64,000 nt of DNA, from the NCBI GenBank assembly GCA_016784165.1, contig JADHVD010000003.1, positions 6,867 through 70,866 of the forward strand, in the 5' to 3' direction. Shown in pieces: positions 1 through 9,419 of this stretch. Below the pieces are notes generated by a model, which made no database searches, was not told where the DNA came from, and was given only the letters and a program-made list of their open reading frames with translations. How positions within the stretch are numbered: the stretch's first letter is position 1; every line of letters begins with the position of its first letter. The stretch is from Candidatus Woesearchaeota archaeon. GTDB lineage: Archaea > Nanobdellota > Nanobdellia > Woesearchaeales > BS150m-G63. The position numbers were made by a program, and so were the translations under genes.

Positions 1-154
1 TTTCCCTTATAAATTTAACATAATCTTTATTTTCAGCATAATCAGAAAGAATAAAAGAAATCGCTTTGTCTATACTCTTGATATCTTTGACTGCTTTAAT
101 TACATTAATTATCCTAATCTCTTCTTTGCTTAATTCTATAGTATGTTTTGGCAT
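1..154 (-). CDS. Partial small ORF. The start codon is at 152-154 and the ORF runs off the window edge. Possibly a small archaeal antitoxin-like (DUF2683-type) protein.
   Basis: My own translation of the minus strand gives MPKHTIELSKEEIRIINVIKAVKDIKSIDKAISFILSDYAENKDY.... The pattern resembles small archaeal RHH/antitoxin-like proteins from memory only. Confidence 0.3.
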   Translation of the reverse strand, partial: MPKHTIELSKEEIRIINVIKAVKDIKSIDKAISFILSDYAENKDYVKFIRE

Positions 155-237
155 TATAGTAAATTACTACTAATTAAAGTTTTATAACATTTTTAATAGT
201 ATTTTACTATTAATACTATATAAACCTTTCTAAAAAC

Positions 238-3200
238 TTAAGGATTACCATAACTCTGAGCCAAAGTTCCTTTCAGTTTAAGATTCCCGCTATTATCAAA
301 GAAAGCTATTAAAGAATCAGAAGCATTAACAAACTTCAAAGCAGTTCCAGAAACACTCATAACAGCATTCTCAGTTAACTCCCCAACCAAATACAAATTC
401 CCAGTATTTGAAACATAAGCAATATTTGTTCCAGCATTATCTTGTAAAATAAAAGAATTAGCCCCAGGATTCAAACTACCTTGATTATCTGACAACACTC
501 CGCGGATAAACATATTTCCAGTATCATCAATACTTCCAACAATATTATCAGAACTATTAGTGATAGCAAACTTATTACTTGTAGGGATCAACAAACTCAT
601 TGTAACATATAAAATACTATTACTAGTAATATTAACTCCCTGCGAATCAACATCATACCCGCTCTTAGTGGTATTCATAGTATAATTAGTAAGATAATTC
701 TTAACACCAACAACCCAATCACAACTAGAACAATTTTCATAATATTCACTAATGTTTTGTTTTACTATCCATCCATCTCCACCACTTAAAACAGAAAATC
801 CCAAATCACCATTAACATTCCAAGCACTCACGTTAGCCCCACCAACATCCCCATTGCTATCATTCACATAGACATCTAGGTACCAGTTTACATAAAGCAC
901 ACCACTACCAGAATAATAAAACAAAGTAGCACTTTCATTAAAAGAAACATTTACAAAAGTGTTTGCACCAGCTGAAGTCCCCTCAATCCAAACATCAGCA
1001 TAATCACCCCAAAATAAAGAATTATCATCAAAAGTAGAATCTATAAATCTATTTCCAGATGAATTTAAGAAATAAACCCCTGCGTCTTGATTATCAGTAA
1101 CCAAAACATCATAAAAACTGTTGTTGTAAGAATCATCAAAGCTTACTCCTGAATAATTGTTATACTTTATCTCAACATCTGTAACATTATTGTTATTAGA
1201 TCCATCACTAAATTCAATCCCATCTAAATAAGAATTGTGTATTGTAAGATTATAAAGAGTGTTATTCTCACAAGCACTTGCTAATATAACTCCTGCTCCA
1301 AGTTGAGTCAAATTAAACAATTGATTATCAATCCTATTCCCTATAGATGAAGAATGAAGATATACAAAATTATCAGTAGGATTTCTTATAATATTTTCAG
1401 TTATATTATTATTACTAGAAGCATCTAACATTATACCATAATTATTACAGTTATCACAACCACCAGTTCCAATAAGCTCATTAGAACTTATTACACTATC
1501 ATCACAATTATCTAACTGAATCGCAGCAAAAATATCTCCACTCTGAGTGTCATTAATATAATTATCCTCAACAATATGTCCAGATCCCTCAACATAGATT
1601 CCACTTCCAGAAATATCATAGATGATATTATTAGTCACATTATTTCCAATTCCTCCAGATACAGAAATACCAACACTCCCAACTTCCCCATCCCCAATAT
1701 CTCTCACAGTGTTAGAATCTATGAGAATATTGTCAGCAGTATCAGAACCAATTCCTGCAACAGTGTAATTACTATCAACTAAATGAATTGAATTATTGAA
1801 AACATAACCATCATCAGAACCATCATCATAATATATTCCATAAGTAAAGTCAGTAATCTCACAGTTCTTAACAGTGACATTAGTAACATTATCTATATTT
1901 ATTGCAGTAAAAGTATCAACATAATTTGTATTATATTCTCCATCTATATGGTATCCTGCACAATCAAACACAACATCAGAAGCATTGATATTAAAACAAA
2001 GTTCAGTATCATTGTAATAATTTATACTTGCATTCATCTCATGAGTTCCACTCACAGTAATATTACTACAACTATCATAAGTATGGCTTGGATCATAAGC
2101 AAAATCAGTTACAGTCATCTCTTGATTACTGAATTCAAAAATTAAAGTAGCATAACCAGCAATATTCATATGGTTTACAAATCTTCCAATCTCACTACAG
2201 CTGTAATCCTCAATCAAAAACCCAACAGGTTTTATTGAATCATCACTACCAATTGAGCTATAATCATAAACATACCCATCACCACTAATAATTTTCAACA
2301 CATCAAGTAAAGAATCATCCCCACATTTTAGATCTACAAACCTCATCTCATCAACACTTCCACCATTATCAATCATAATCTCTTCCCAATAAGAGTTGTT
2401 ACTACTAATACTCAAATTAGCAGTTCCAGTGGTGTTAAACATCACAGTCCAAGTATCTCCATCACGTAGATATTCGATAGGATTCAACACATTAATTTCA
2501 ATCTCATAAGTTTGGTTAGATAGATGAGGCACTATCCATTCAACATAATCTACCAATCCATCATCAGTAGTATCATAACCATCAAAGTTTACGCTCTCAC
2601 GTTTTCCATCAACAATCCAATACAGATTAACACTCTCAACAGCACTTTCAGGAATAAAAGTATAAGCCAAAATATCTTCATAATGTATTTCAGAGCTCAC
2701 AACTATCCTCTTTAGCCCATTACCTAATTCTTCTTCAACAGCAGTGGGGCCGGGTAATTCATATTCTATTTCAATCTCATCAACAACTTCTTCAACAATA
2801 AGCTCTGTTTCATTCCCAATATCCTCTGCAACAACATAACCAGTAAATCTAAATAAGGATTTTAGCCAATTAAATAACTCAAACAACAACCCATCACCAA
2901 CTTCAGTAACCGCTCCACCAGTTATCAAATTGTGCTCACTCAATTCTTCAACTTCTTCACCCTTTTTAACAACAACTTTGTCAGAGATATCTTTCTCAAT
3001 CCTTCCAGTTATTTTCTTAACCTCAATATTGCTCGCATTTTTAGGCAATTCAACAATAAGATTTTTCTTAGGCGCAGTAAGTTTAACTTTTTTAATAAAT
3101 TTAACAGGACGATTAATCATAACTCTACCAATCATTTTTTCTTCTACACTAACATTAACAGTCACATTTTCAGTAATATTAACAATAACATTCTCAGTAA

Positions 3201-3834
3201 TATTAACAATAACATTCTCAGTAATATTAACACTAACATTAACAGTCACATTCTCAAGACTTATGTTTTCTATAGTTACTCCTTCTATGACTTCCTCAAC
3301 CACAGAAGCATTTTCTTCAACAACACCCACATTCTCAATAACTTTCAGAGTTTCATTAATACTGATATTTTCAGTAATATTAGTACTCACATTAATAGTC
3401 ACATTCTCCACACTTACAGCCATACTCACATTTTCAGTAATATTTTCAATACTCAAATTATCTAAACTAATATTGATTTCACCCACATTAATAGAAACAT
3501 CTTCAATAGAAACATTCTCCAAACTTATATTTTCAACACTTTCACTTTCAGTAATAGTAGTTACTACTTCTTCAGCCAAAGAGACATTTTCTTCAACATC
3601 AATTACACTAACAGAAACATTATCAATAATCTCTCCAACACTAGCATTGCCCAAACTTAAATTATCTAAACTAACATTTTCTAAAATTAGATTATCTAAA
3701 CTATTATTTCCAGCAACTAATCCAGTTATCAAAGGTTGAGTGAATGTAAGAACTAATGCTAATAGGATAATAATTCCTGCCCCCATTAATTCACCATACC
3801 CTTTCTTGTTCCAAACTCTTTTTTCCAAACTCAT
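238..3834 (-). CDS. Giant (1198 aa) membrane-anchored or secreted surface protein with right-handed parallel beta-helix repeats
   Basis: There is an N-terminal hydrophobic anchor (GAGIIILLALVLTFTQPLITGLVAG). A long array of ENVS/NIS/NIT short repeats follows. Beta-helix-like repeats are present (NCEITDFTYGIYY, ILIDSNTVRDIG, NNIIYDISGSGIYVEG). C-terminal repeats include GNMFIRGVL, GNLYLVGEL and GNLKLKGTL. N-x-S/T sequon density is very high. Confidence 0.85.
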   Translation of the reverse strand: MSLEKRVWNKKGYGELMGAGIIILLALVLTFTQPLITGLVAGNNSLDNLILENVSLDNLSLGNASVGEIIDNVSVSVIDVEENVSLAEEVVTTITESESVENISLENVSIEDVSINVGEINISLDNLSIENITENVSMAVSVENVTINVSTNITENISINETLKVIENVGVVEENASVVEEVIEGVTIENISLENVTVNVSVNITENVIVNITENVIVNITENVTVNVSVEEKMIGRVMINRPVKFIKKVKLTAPKKNLIVELPKNASNIEVKKITGRIEKDISDKVVVKKGEEVEELSEHNLITGGAVTEVGDGLLFELFNWLKSLFRFTGYVVAEDIGNETELIVEEVVDEIEIEYELPGPTAVEEELGNGLKRIVVSSEIHYEDILAYTFIPESAVESVNLYWIVDGKRESVNFDGYDTTDDGLVDYVEWIVPHLSNQTYEIEINVLNPIEYLRDGDTWTVMFNTTGTANLSISSNNSYWEEIMIDNGGSVDEMRFVDLKCGDDSLLDVLKIISGDGYVYDYSSIGSDDSIKPVGFLIEDYSCSEIGRFVNHMNIAGYATLIFEFSNQEMTVTDFAYDPSHTYDSCSNITVSGTHEMNASINYYNDTELCFNINASDVVFDCAGYHIDGEYNTNYVDTFTAINIDNVTNVTVKNCEITDFTYGIYYDDGSDDGYVFNNSIHLVDSNYTVAGIGSDTADNILIDSNTVRDIGDGEVGSVGISVSGGIGNNVTNNIIYDISGSGIYVEGSGHIVEDNYINDTQSGDIFAAIQLDNCDDSVISSNELIGTGGCDNCNNYGIMLDASSNNNITENIIRNPTDNFVYLHSSSIGNRIDNQLFNLTQLGAGVILASACENNTLYNLTIHNSYLDGIEFSDGSNNNNVTDVEIKYNNYSGVSFDDSYNNSFYDVLVTDNQDAGVYFLNSSGNRFIDSTFDDNSLFWGDYADVWIEGTSAGANTFVNVSFNESATLFYYSGSGVLYVNWYLDVYVNDSNGDVGGANVSAWNVNGDLGFSVLSGGDGWIVKQNISEYYENCSSCDWVVGVKNYLTNYTMNTTKSGYDVDSQGVNITSNSILYVTMSLLIPTSNKFAITNSSDNIVGSIDDTGNMFIRGVLSDNQGSLNPGANSFILQDNAGTNIAYVSNTGNLYLVGELTENAVMSVSGTALKFVNASDSLIAFFDNSGNLKLKGTLAQSYGNP

Positions 3835-6800
3835 TTCTTAACATTCCTCAAAGTTTCATAAAGTAAAACAGCAATCATTTCTTTATCTTTTTCATTCCTC
3901 AAAGTTTCAGCAAGCTCGCTTTCCCTAAAGACATAATGAATCCATTCAGCAATATCATTTTTACTCCAGTTCACATACCCAGTGAATTCTTCTTTACACA
4001 TATTCATTAGTTCAAACACCATTGCTTCAATATTTCTAATTTCTCTGCCGTCTTTCAGTACAAAACCACTACCTTCTGGAGCATCTTTCAGCAGTAAACT
4101 CAACTCTCTTTCAATTTTCTTTTTTTCTGGAATAGCAACAACAACTCTTGATAACCCATGGGATAGCAGCATACTTACAACAATAATCATTAAAACAACA
4201 AAATAGCTGAACAGCGCAACACCTTTTTTCTCTCCACCAATTTGATTGAACATATACGCTTTACCTGTTAAATCTTCCTTCTTAGATTCATCCGAAGATG
4301 ATTCTTCTCCATCACCTTCTACATTAATTTTTTCTTCCTCACTCACTTCTTCTTCTTCTATAATTTCAACCAAACCAACAGCAGGAACTTTCTGCACCAT
4401 TTCTAAAATTACAACATCTTCCACGATACTTTCTAATTTTAAATTAAATTCATTAACCCTATCCCTATTCACATCAAATCCAACACTTTCACCTAATCTA
4501 ATTGTTGCAGTTTTATCATCCACCAAAACATTAACAGAATTTTCATTAACACCATTTAATTCAATTTCAATAACCTCAGCCGAAAAAGCATCAACCATAT
4601 CTTTAATAGCATCCAAAATCAAAACCCCTTCTCTTACATACAGCACACCATCTTCCATCACCCATTTATTTAATTCTATTAATCTCATAACCATTAAGTT
4701 CAATTCAATAGTATCTCCAACCTCAAGAGATTGCTCAACACGACCAATAGTATCACCCGATCCTCCATTAAGTAATCTATCCAGCGCTTCTTCCATTACA
4801 ATTTTAAACAATTCTCCCATATCAACTCCACTATACTCAAAACCAAGATAACCCATTTCGATTTCATAAATTACAGGTTCTCTGATACTAATCCCCTCAT
4901 CAGTTGTTGTTGTTGGGGTACTCTCAGTTTCTTCTTCGGTTTCAGCAACATAATCACCAACACTATAATTAGTAAACCCAGTAACACTAAAGAAATAATC
5001 ATCCTCAACATTACTAATATTTCCACAGAATCCGCCACAATCAGCACTATTCCTATAAGGTACAGCACTTCCACTAATCGAAACATTATAAAAGCTCAAA
5101 TTAGCAGATTTATTAAGCCCACTGAACATACTTGAATTTACAAAGATGTTGTTTTCTGTAATATCCAACCCACTTCCAAAGTAGAGAGTTCCATTTTCAG
5201 TAATATCTAAATCTGGACTTCCCCACATAATCTCCCCATAACTATTGTTGTATATCAAAAAATTATCATCACTAGGAAAATCATCTATAATTTTGTTATC
5301 TGAAGCAGTCAGATTATTATTAATAAATAAATTATTTTCTGATTCCCCTTGGATGTGAAGTGTAACCCTATTGGCTGTTGCAATATTATCTTTTACATTA
5401 TTATTTGTAGCAGATGCTAAATGAATTGCATACTTATTTGCTGTAAAAGTATTATTTATAACCGTGTTATTGTGTGAATCAGAATATAAAGAGAGAGCAT
5501 ATTCTCCAGATTCTGCCGTGTTATTTATAATAGTGTTATTTAATCCAGAATATATATGGATACCCAAAAGAAATTTAACATAAACAGCATTATTTTCAAT
5601 CAACCCATTAGATGAATTATAATAATAAACCCCATTAGCACTTCCAACCCCGCTTAAATTAATATCACAGTTCTTCACAGTAACATTATCTTGACCATTA
5701 ACATAAACCCCATAACTACCATTTCCTTGTATCGTTCTGCCACCACAATCAAACACAACATCATCCTCAGTTATATTTAGGATATAATTATTTTCACAGC
5801 CAATAATATCATAACTCAGATTTGTTGATTCATTTATTGTTTGACCACATCCCCCTTCTAAAGTAAATTCAAGTCCAGTATTATCTGTCAAATTAACACT
5901 GCTCACCCCAGTGATATAATTCTGTTTTGATGCATTTATCGTATAATTGGTCCAATAGCTCTTTCCAGCTGAGTTTTGGACATATTCAGTAATATTCTGT
6001 CTTGCTGTCCACCCAGAGCTGTTAGTCAGCACACTAAACACCTGACTGCCGTTAGTCTGCCACCCAGTTATATTCACCCCACTAAGATCACTCCCTTCGC
6101 TATTATTCACATAAACATCTAAGTACCATTGTATATGAAGATTTCCCCCCCCAAGTCCAAAGCTAACATCACTTTGGTTAAAACTCATATTCCTAAAATA
6201 AACATTATTAGTACTATATTCTGAACTTATAGAAATATCATCACCATTTGGAGCAATTATTTCAGAATCAATAAAATAATTCACATCGTTTCCTGTACTA
6301 TATACACTAATACCTGTATGATTTGTTGAGTTAATATACTCATTTCTAAAAGTATTATTCCCACTATTACTCATTTGAATCCCAAAACCCCCACTTGTTG
6401 TTATTGTGTTGTTCAGGAGAGTGTTTGAATCAGAATTAACTAGAAGTATCCCGTGCCCAGCTGTTTCACTTGTGTTTATTATATTGTTTGTTACATTTGA
6501 ATCAGAAGATGAAGAAAAGTATATTCCACGCCCATATGCTCCACTAATAGTTATATTATTATTTTCTATTGTTCCATCATCAGCACCCACAAAGTAAATC
6601 CCATGTTTACTATTAGTTGTTACATTCCCTTCTAAAATATTACAGTTTTTAATAGTTACATTATCATAACCGCCAGAATTATTTATTCCATAACCTAACA
6701 CTCCTGCAGTAGAATAATTAATAGTATACCCTGCACAGTCTAATATTATATCATCTGCTCCAATAGTTATTACAGTTCCATCACAAGTTAAATCTTCTTC

Positions 6801-7979
6801 TAATGTTGTTGATTCTGTTATTTCTTGATTACATGGATTTTGACCAACACTATAAGTGGTAAACCCAGTAACACTAAAGAAATAATCATCCCCAACATTA
6901 CTAATATTTCCACAGAATCCGCCACAATCAGCACTATTCCTATAAGGTACAGCACTTCCACTAATCGAAACATTATAAAAGCTCAAATTAGCAGATTTAT
7001 TTAACCCAGAATTACTAACAGAATCAACTTCAATTAAATTAGCACTAATCTGAACATCAGCACTTAGGTTTGTTCCGGTTCCATTGATTGGTTCTGTAAA
7101 TCTTATTTCTCCTTCATCTGTGTCTTTGAAATAAATTATTCCTCCACTTCCAGCAATAGAATAATTAGTAATAACTTGATCAATTAGATAAGTACCATTA
7201 ATACCTGCATCAACTATGTTTAAATCATAATCTGCTATATTACTGAATGTGTTATTAGTAAAACTATTATTTTCTGGATAATTTGACCCCGATGAATCTA
7301 ATCTTACCCCATCTCTACCTGATTGAGCAATATTATTATTTTGGAATAAGTTGTTATCTGAATCCTTATATATCCATACTGCATCTGCATCTATTTGTGT
7401 TGTATTTATTATGTTTTCTGAAATGTTTGAGTTTGAGCTTGAAGTAAGCTGGATCCCAAATCCATAAATTCCAGAAGTTGTGATTGTGTTTTCTGAAATA
7501 TTTGAACTTGATGAAGTTAAATATATCCCAGAACCTTTGACTCCATTGTTCGTGATTGTATTATTTTGTATTGTTCCATCATCAGCACCCTCAAAGTAAA
7601 TCCCATGTTTATAATTAGTTGTTGAATTCCCTTCTACAATATTACAATTCTTAATAGTTACATTATCATAACCACCAGAATTATTTATTCCATAACCTAA
7701 CACTCCTGCAGTGGAATAGTTGATTGTATATCCTGCACAGTCTAATACAACATTTGAAGCATTAATGATAATTCCAGTACCATTACAACTCATATCTCCA
7801 CTAAGTATAGAATCCTCATTAACATAACTACCACAATCAGAGCTGTCATTAAACACAACATAACCAGTGATATTATCTCCAAATCCGATTGAATAAAACA
7901 CACCAATAATTGAAACAGCAAGCAGAGTAAACACTAATAATTTCAAGTTCTCTTTCCAGCTCATCTGTTCATCTATCAT
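3831..7979 (-). CDS. Giant (1382 aa) surface protein with duplicated parallel beta-helix modules, a Thr-rich linker, a C-terminal TM helix and a roughly 105-aa cytoplasmic tail
   Basis: The N-terminal anchor is LKLLVFTLLAVSIIGVFYSIGF. The block CAGYTINYSTAGVLGYGINNSGGYDNVTIKNCNI occurs twice, as does LNKSANLSFYNVSISGSAVPYRNSADCGGFCGNISNV. The linker is ETEEETESTPTTTTDEG and the TM helix is ALFSYFVVLMIIVVSMLLSHGL. The ORF overlaps the downstream ORF by 4 nt. Confidence 0.85.
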   Translation of the reverse strand: MIDEQMSWKENLKLLVFTLLAVSIIGVFYSIGFGDNITGYVVFNDSSDCGSYVNEDSILSGDMSCNGTGIIINASNVVLDCAGYTINYSTAGVLGYGINNSGGYDNVTIKNCNIVEGNSTTNYKHGIYFEGADDGTIQNNTITNNGVKGSGIYLTSSSSNISENTITTSGIYGFGIQLTSSSNSNISENIINTTQIDADAVWIYKDSDNNLFQNNNIAQSGRDGVRLDSSGSNYPENNSFTNNTFSNIADYDLNIVDAGINGTYLIDQVITNYSIAGSGGIIYFKDTDEGEIRFTEPINGTGTNLSADVQISANLIEVDSVSNSGLNKSANLSFYNVSISGSAVPYRNSADCGGFCGNISNVGDDYFFSVTGFTTYSVGQNPCNQEITESTTLEEDLTCDGTVITIGADDIILDCAGYTINYSTAGVLGYGINNSGGYDNVTIKNCNILEGNVTTNSKHGIYFVGADDGTIENNNITISGAYGRGIYFSSSSDSNVTNNIINTSETAGHGILLVNSDSNTLLNNTITTSGGFGIQMSNSGNNTFRNEYINSTNHTGISVYSTGNDVNYFIDSEIIAPNGDDISISSEYSTNNVYFRNMSFNQSDVSFGLGGGNLHIQWYLDVYVNNSEGSDLSGVNITGWQTNGSQVFSVLTNSSGWTARQNITEYVQNSAGKSYWTNYTINASKQNYITGVSSVNLTDNTGLEFTLEGGCGQTINESTNLSYDIIGCENNYILNITEDDVVFDCGGRTIQGNGSYGVYVNGQDNVTVKNCDINLSGVGSANGVYYYNSSNGLIENNAVYVKFLLGIHIYSGLNNTIINNTAESGEYALSLYSDSHNNTVINNTFTANKYAIHLASATNNNVKDNIATANRVTLHIQGESENNLFINNNLTASDNKIIDDFPSDDNFLIYNNSYGEIMWGSPDLDITENGTLYFGSGLDITENNIFVNSSMFSGLNKSANLSFYNVSISGSAVPYRNSADCGGFCGNISNVEDDYFFSVTGFTNYSVGDYVAETEEETESTPTTTTDEGISIREPVIYEIEMGYLGFEYSGVDMGELFKIVMEEALDRLLNGGSGDTIGRVEQSLEVGDTIELNLMVMRLIELNKWVMEDGVLYVREGVLILDAIKDMVDAFSAEVIEIELNGVNENSVNVLVDDKTATIRLGESVGFDVNRDRVNEFNLKLESIVEDVVILEMVQKVPAVGLVEIIEEEEVSEEEKINVEGDGEESSSDESKKEDLTGKAYMFNQIGGEKKGVALFSYFVVLMIIVVSMLLSHGLSRVVVAIPEKKKIERELSLLLKDAPEGSGFVLKDGREIRNIEAMVFELMNMCKEEFTGYVNWSKNDIAEWIHYVFRESELAETLRNEKDKEMIAVLLYETLRNVKK

Positions 7980-8407
7980 CTCTTTTTACCACCTTTTTTA
8001 TCTACACCACGTTTCTTCTTAGCCCTATTATAACAAGTCCAAACAGTCCTATCATTCCTACCCAAAAGCACAGCCATTTCGTGATAACTAAATCCCTTTT
8101 CATCTTTTAGATACTCAGTAATCGCTTCTAACACACTAACTTCTCTATCCAAAAATACAGAACTCGGCACACACTCTCCGCCTTCAGCAGCTAAAACATG
8201 CTTTGGCCGTTTTTTCTTAGCCCTATTATAACAAGTCCAGATTGTTCTATCATCCCTGTTTAACAGCACAGCTATCTCATGATAACTCATTCCTTTCTCG
8301 TCCATAAAATATTCAGAAACAGCTTCTAAGACGCTAATACTTCTATCTAAAAATACCGATAAAGGTATAAGAACTACACTCTCCACTTTAATTTTAGCTA
8401 AAACCAA
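7976..8407 (-). CDS. Small DNA-binding protein made of two tandem HTH modules (sigma-70 region 4 / LuxR-like). It is the first gene of the surface-protein operon.
   Basis: An internal duplication is visible: SVFLDRSISVLEAVSEYFMDEKGMSYHEIAVLLNRDDRTIWTCYNRAKKKR versus SVFLDREVSVLEAITEYLKDEKGFSYHEMAVLLGRNDRTVWTCYNRAKKKR. The track start is a TTG codon and a GTG at 8384-8386 is an alternative, so the start is uncertain. Confidence 0.7.
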   Translation of the reverse strand: MVLAKIKVESVVLIPLSVFLDRSISVLEAVSEYFMDEKGMSYHEIAVLLNRDDRTIWTCYNRAKKKRPKHVLAAEGGECVPSSVFLDREVSVLEAITEYLKDEKGFSYHEMAVLLGRNDRTVWTCYNRAKKKRGVDKKGGKKR

Positions 8408-8425
8408 TACTTACAATGTAAGTAT
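8403..8425. promoter_or_regulatory. Candidate operator, copy 1 of a 23-bp repeat. It contains the perfect palindrome ATACTTACA-A-TGTAAGTAT (8407-8425).
   Basis: The site lies between a TATA-like TATTTAAAT (about 8431-8439) and the start of the HTH gene, and it overlaps the called start codon. Confidence 0.45.
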
Positions 8426-8473
8426 TATATTATTTAAATGTTTTGGTCAGAACTCACGAAAATACACAAAAAG

Positions 8474-8496
8474 ACCAATACTCACAATGTAGGTAT
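8474..8496. promoter_or_regulatory. Candidate operator, copy 2 of the 23-bp repeat (ACCAATACTCACAATGTAGGTAT), a degenerate palindrome
   Basis: It is 21/23 identical to copy 1 and lies 71 bp away, in the divergent intergenic region between the HTH gene and the DUF368 gene. Confidence 0.4.
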
Positions 8497-8573
8497 AACT
8501 AATTTATAAGGTTTTCGGTAAAAAACAATAAAAACAACAAACTTTTTAATAAACAACAACTCTCAACTAAATT

Positions 8574-9419
8574 ATGAAAAACCTAAAAGAGTATTTCTTA
8601 ACTTTTCTCAGAGGAATTTTCATGGGTACAGCTGATGCCATACCAGGAGTTTCAGGTGGTACAATAGCCTTAATCACAGGAATCTACGAAAGATTAATTT
8701 ACGCAATTAATAATATAAACACCCTAATCATAAAAGAATTATTCCAATTAAACATAAAAAAAGCATTCAAAAACACAAAAAAGCTCGACTTCAAATTATT
8801 TATTCCGCTTGCATTGGGAATCATAATAGCATTATTTACTTTCGCCCACATTATCAGTTATCTCTTAAAAAACCAAACAGCAATAACATATGCATTTTTC
8901 TTTGGCCTAATCCTTTCTTCAGCTTTCTTCGTGTACAAACATACACATAACAATCACCTAAAAAACATACCATCATTACTAATAGGAATTCTTTTAGCAA
9001 TTCTTATCACTGGATTAACAAAAACAGCAACAGCTCACACAAACATCATAATTTTTCTTTCAGGCGTAATTGCAATCTGTGCAATGATTTTGCCAGGAAT
9101 ATCAGGAGCATTCATACTTGTACTTTTAAATCAGTATGAATTCATCTTAAACCTAATAAAAACACTCCAGATAAACAAACTCTTGATTTTTGCATTGGGG
9201 GCAATAATTGGTATCCTCTCTTTTTCAAAATTAATCTCTTACCTCTTGAAAAAACACAAAAAACAAACAATGGCATTATTAACAGGGCTCATGCTCGGCT
9301 CATTAAGAATTCCTTTTTACAAGATAACTACAACATACACTAACATCTGGACAACAATAATCTCGGCAATAATAGGATTCACAATAGTATTCATTTTAGA
9401 AAAAAAATTCACTTCTTAA
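8574..9419 (+). CDS. DUF368-family polytopic membrane protein (candidate polyprenyl-phosphate recycling transporter)
   Basis: The N-terminal motif GTADAIPGVSGGTIALITGIYERL and a second PGISGAFILVLL repeat are typical of DUF368. The protein has multiple TM helices. Confidence 0.75.
   Translation: MKNLKEYFLTFLRGIFMGTADAIPGVSGGTIALITGIYERLIYAINNINTLIIKELFQLNIKKAFKNTKKLDFKLFIPLALGIIIALFTFAHIISYLLKNQTAITYAFFFGLILSSAFFVYKHTHNNHLKNIPSLLIGILLAILITGLTKTATAHTNIIIFLSGVIAICAMILPGISGAFILVLLNQYEFILNLIKTLQINKLLIFALGAIIGILSFSKLISYLLKKHKKQTMALLTGLMLGSLRIPFYKITTTYTNIWTTIISAIIGFTIVFILEKKFTS

Noticed and set aside
2930-4851. Long plus-strand ORFs lie inside the giant surface genes (2930-3739, 2932-3465, 3982-4206, 4246-4851).
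   Set aside because: They are antisense shadows of repetitive, low-complexity coding DNA. Their products are Ser/Thr/Phe/Ile-rich nonsense with no motifs, while the minus-strand frames give coherent beta-helix proteins.
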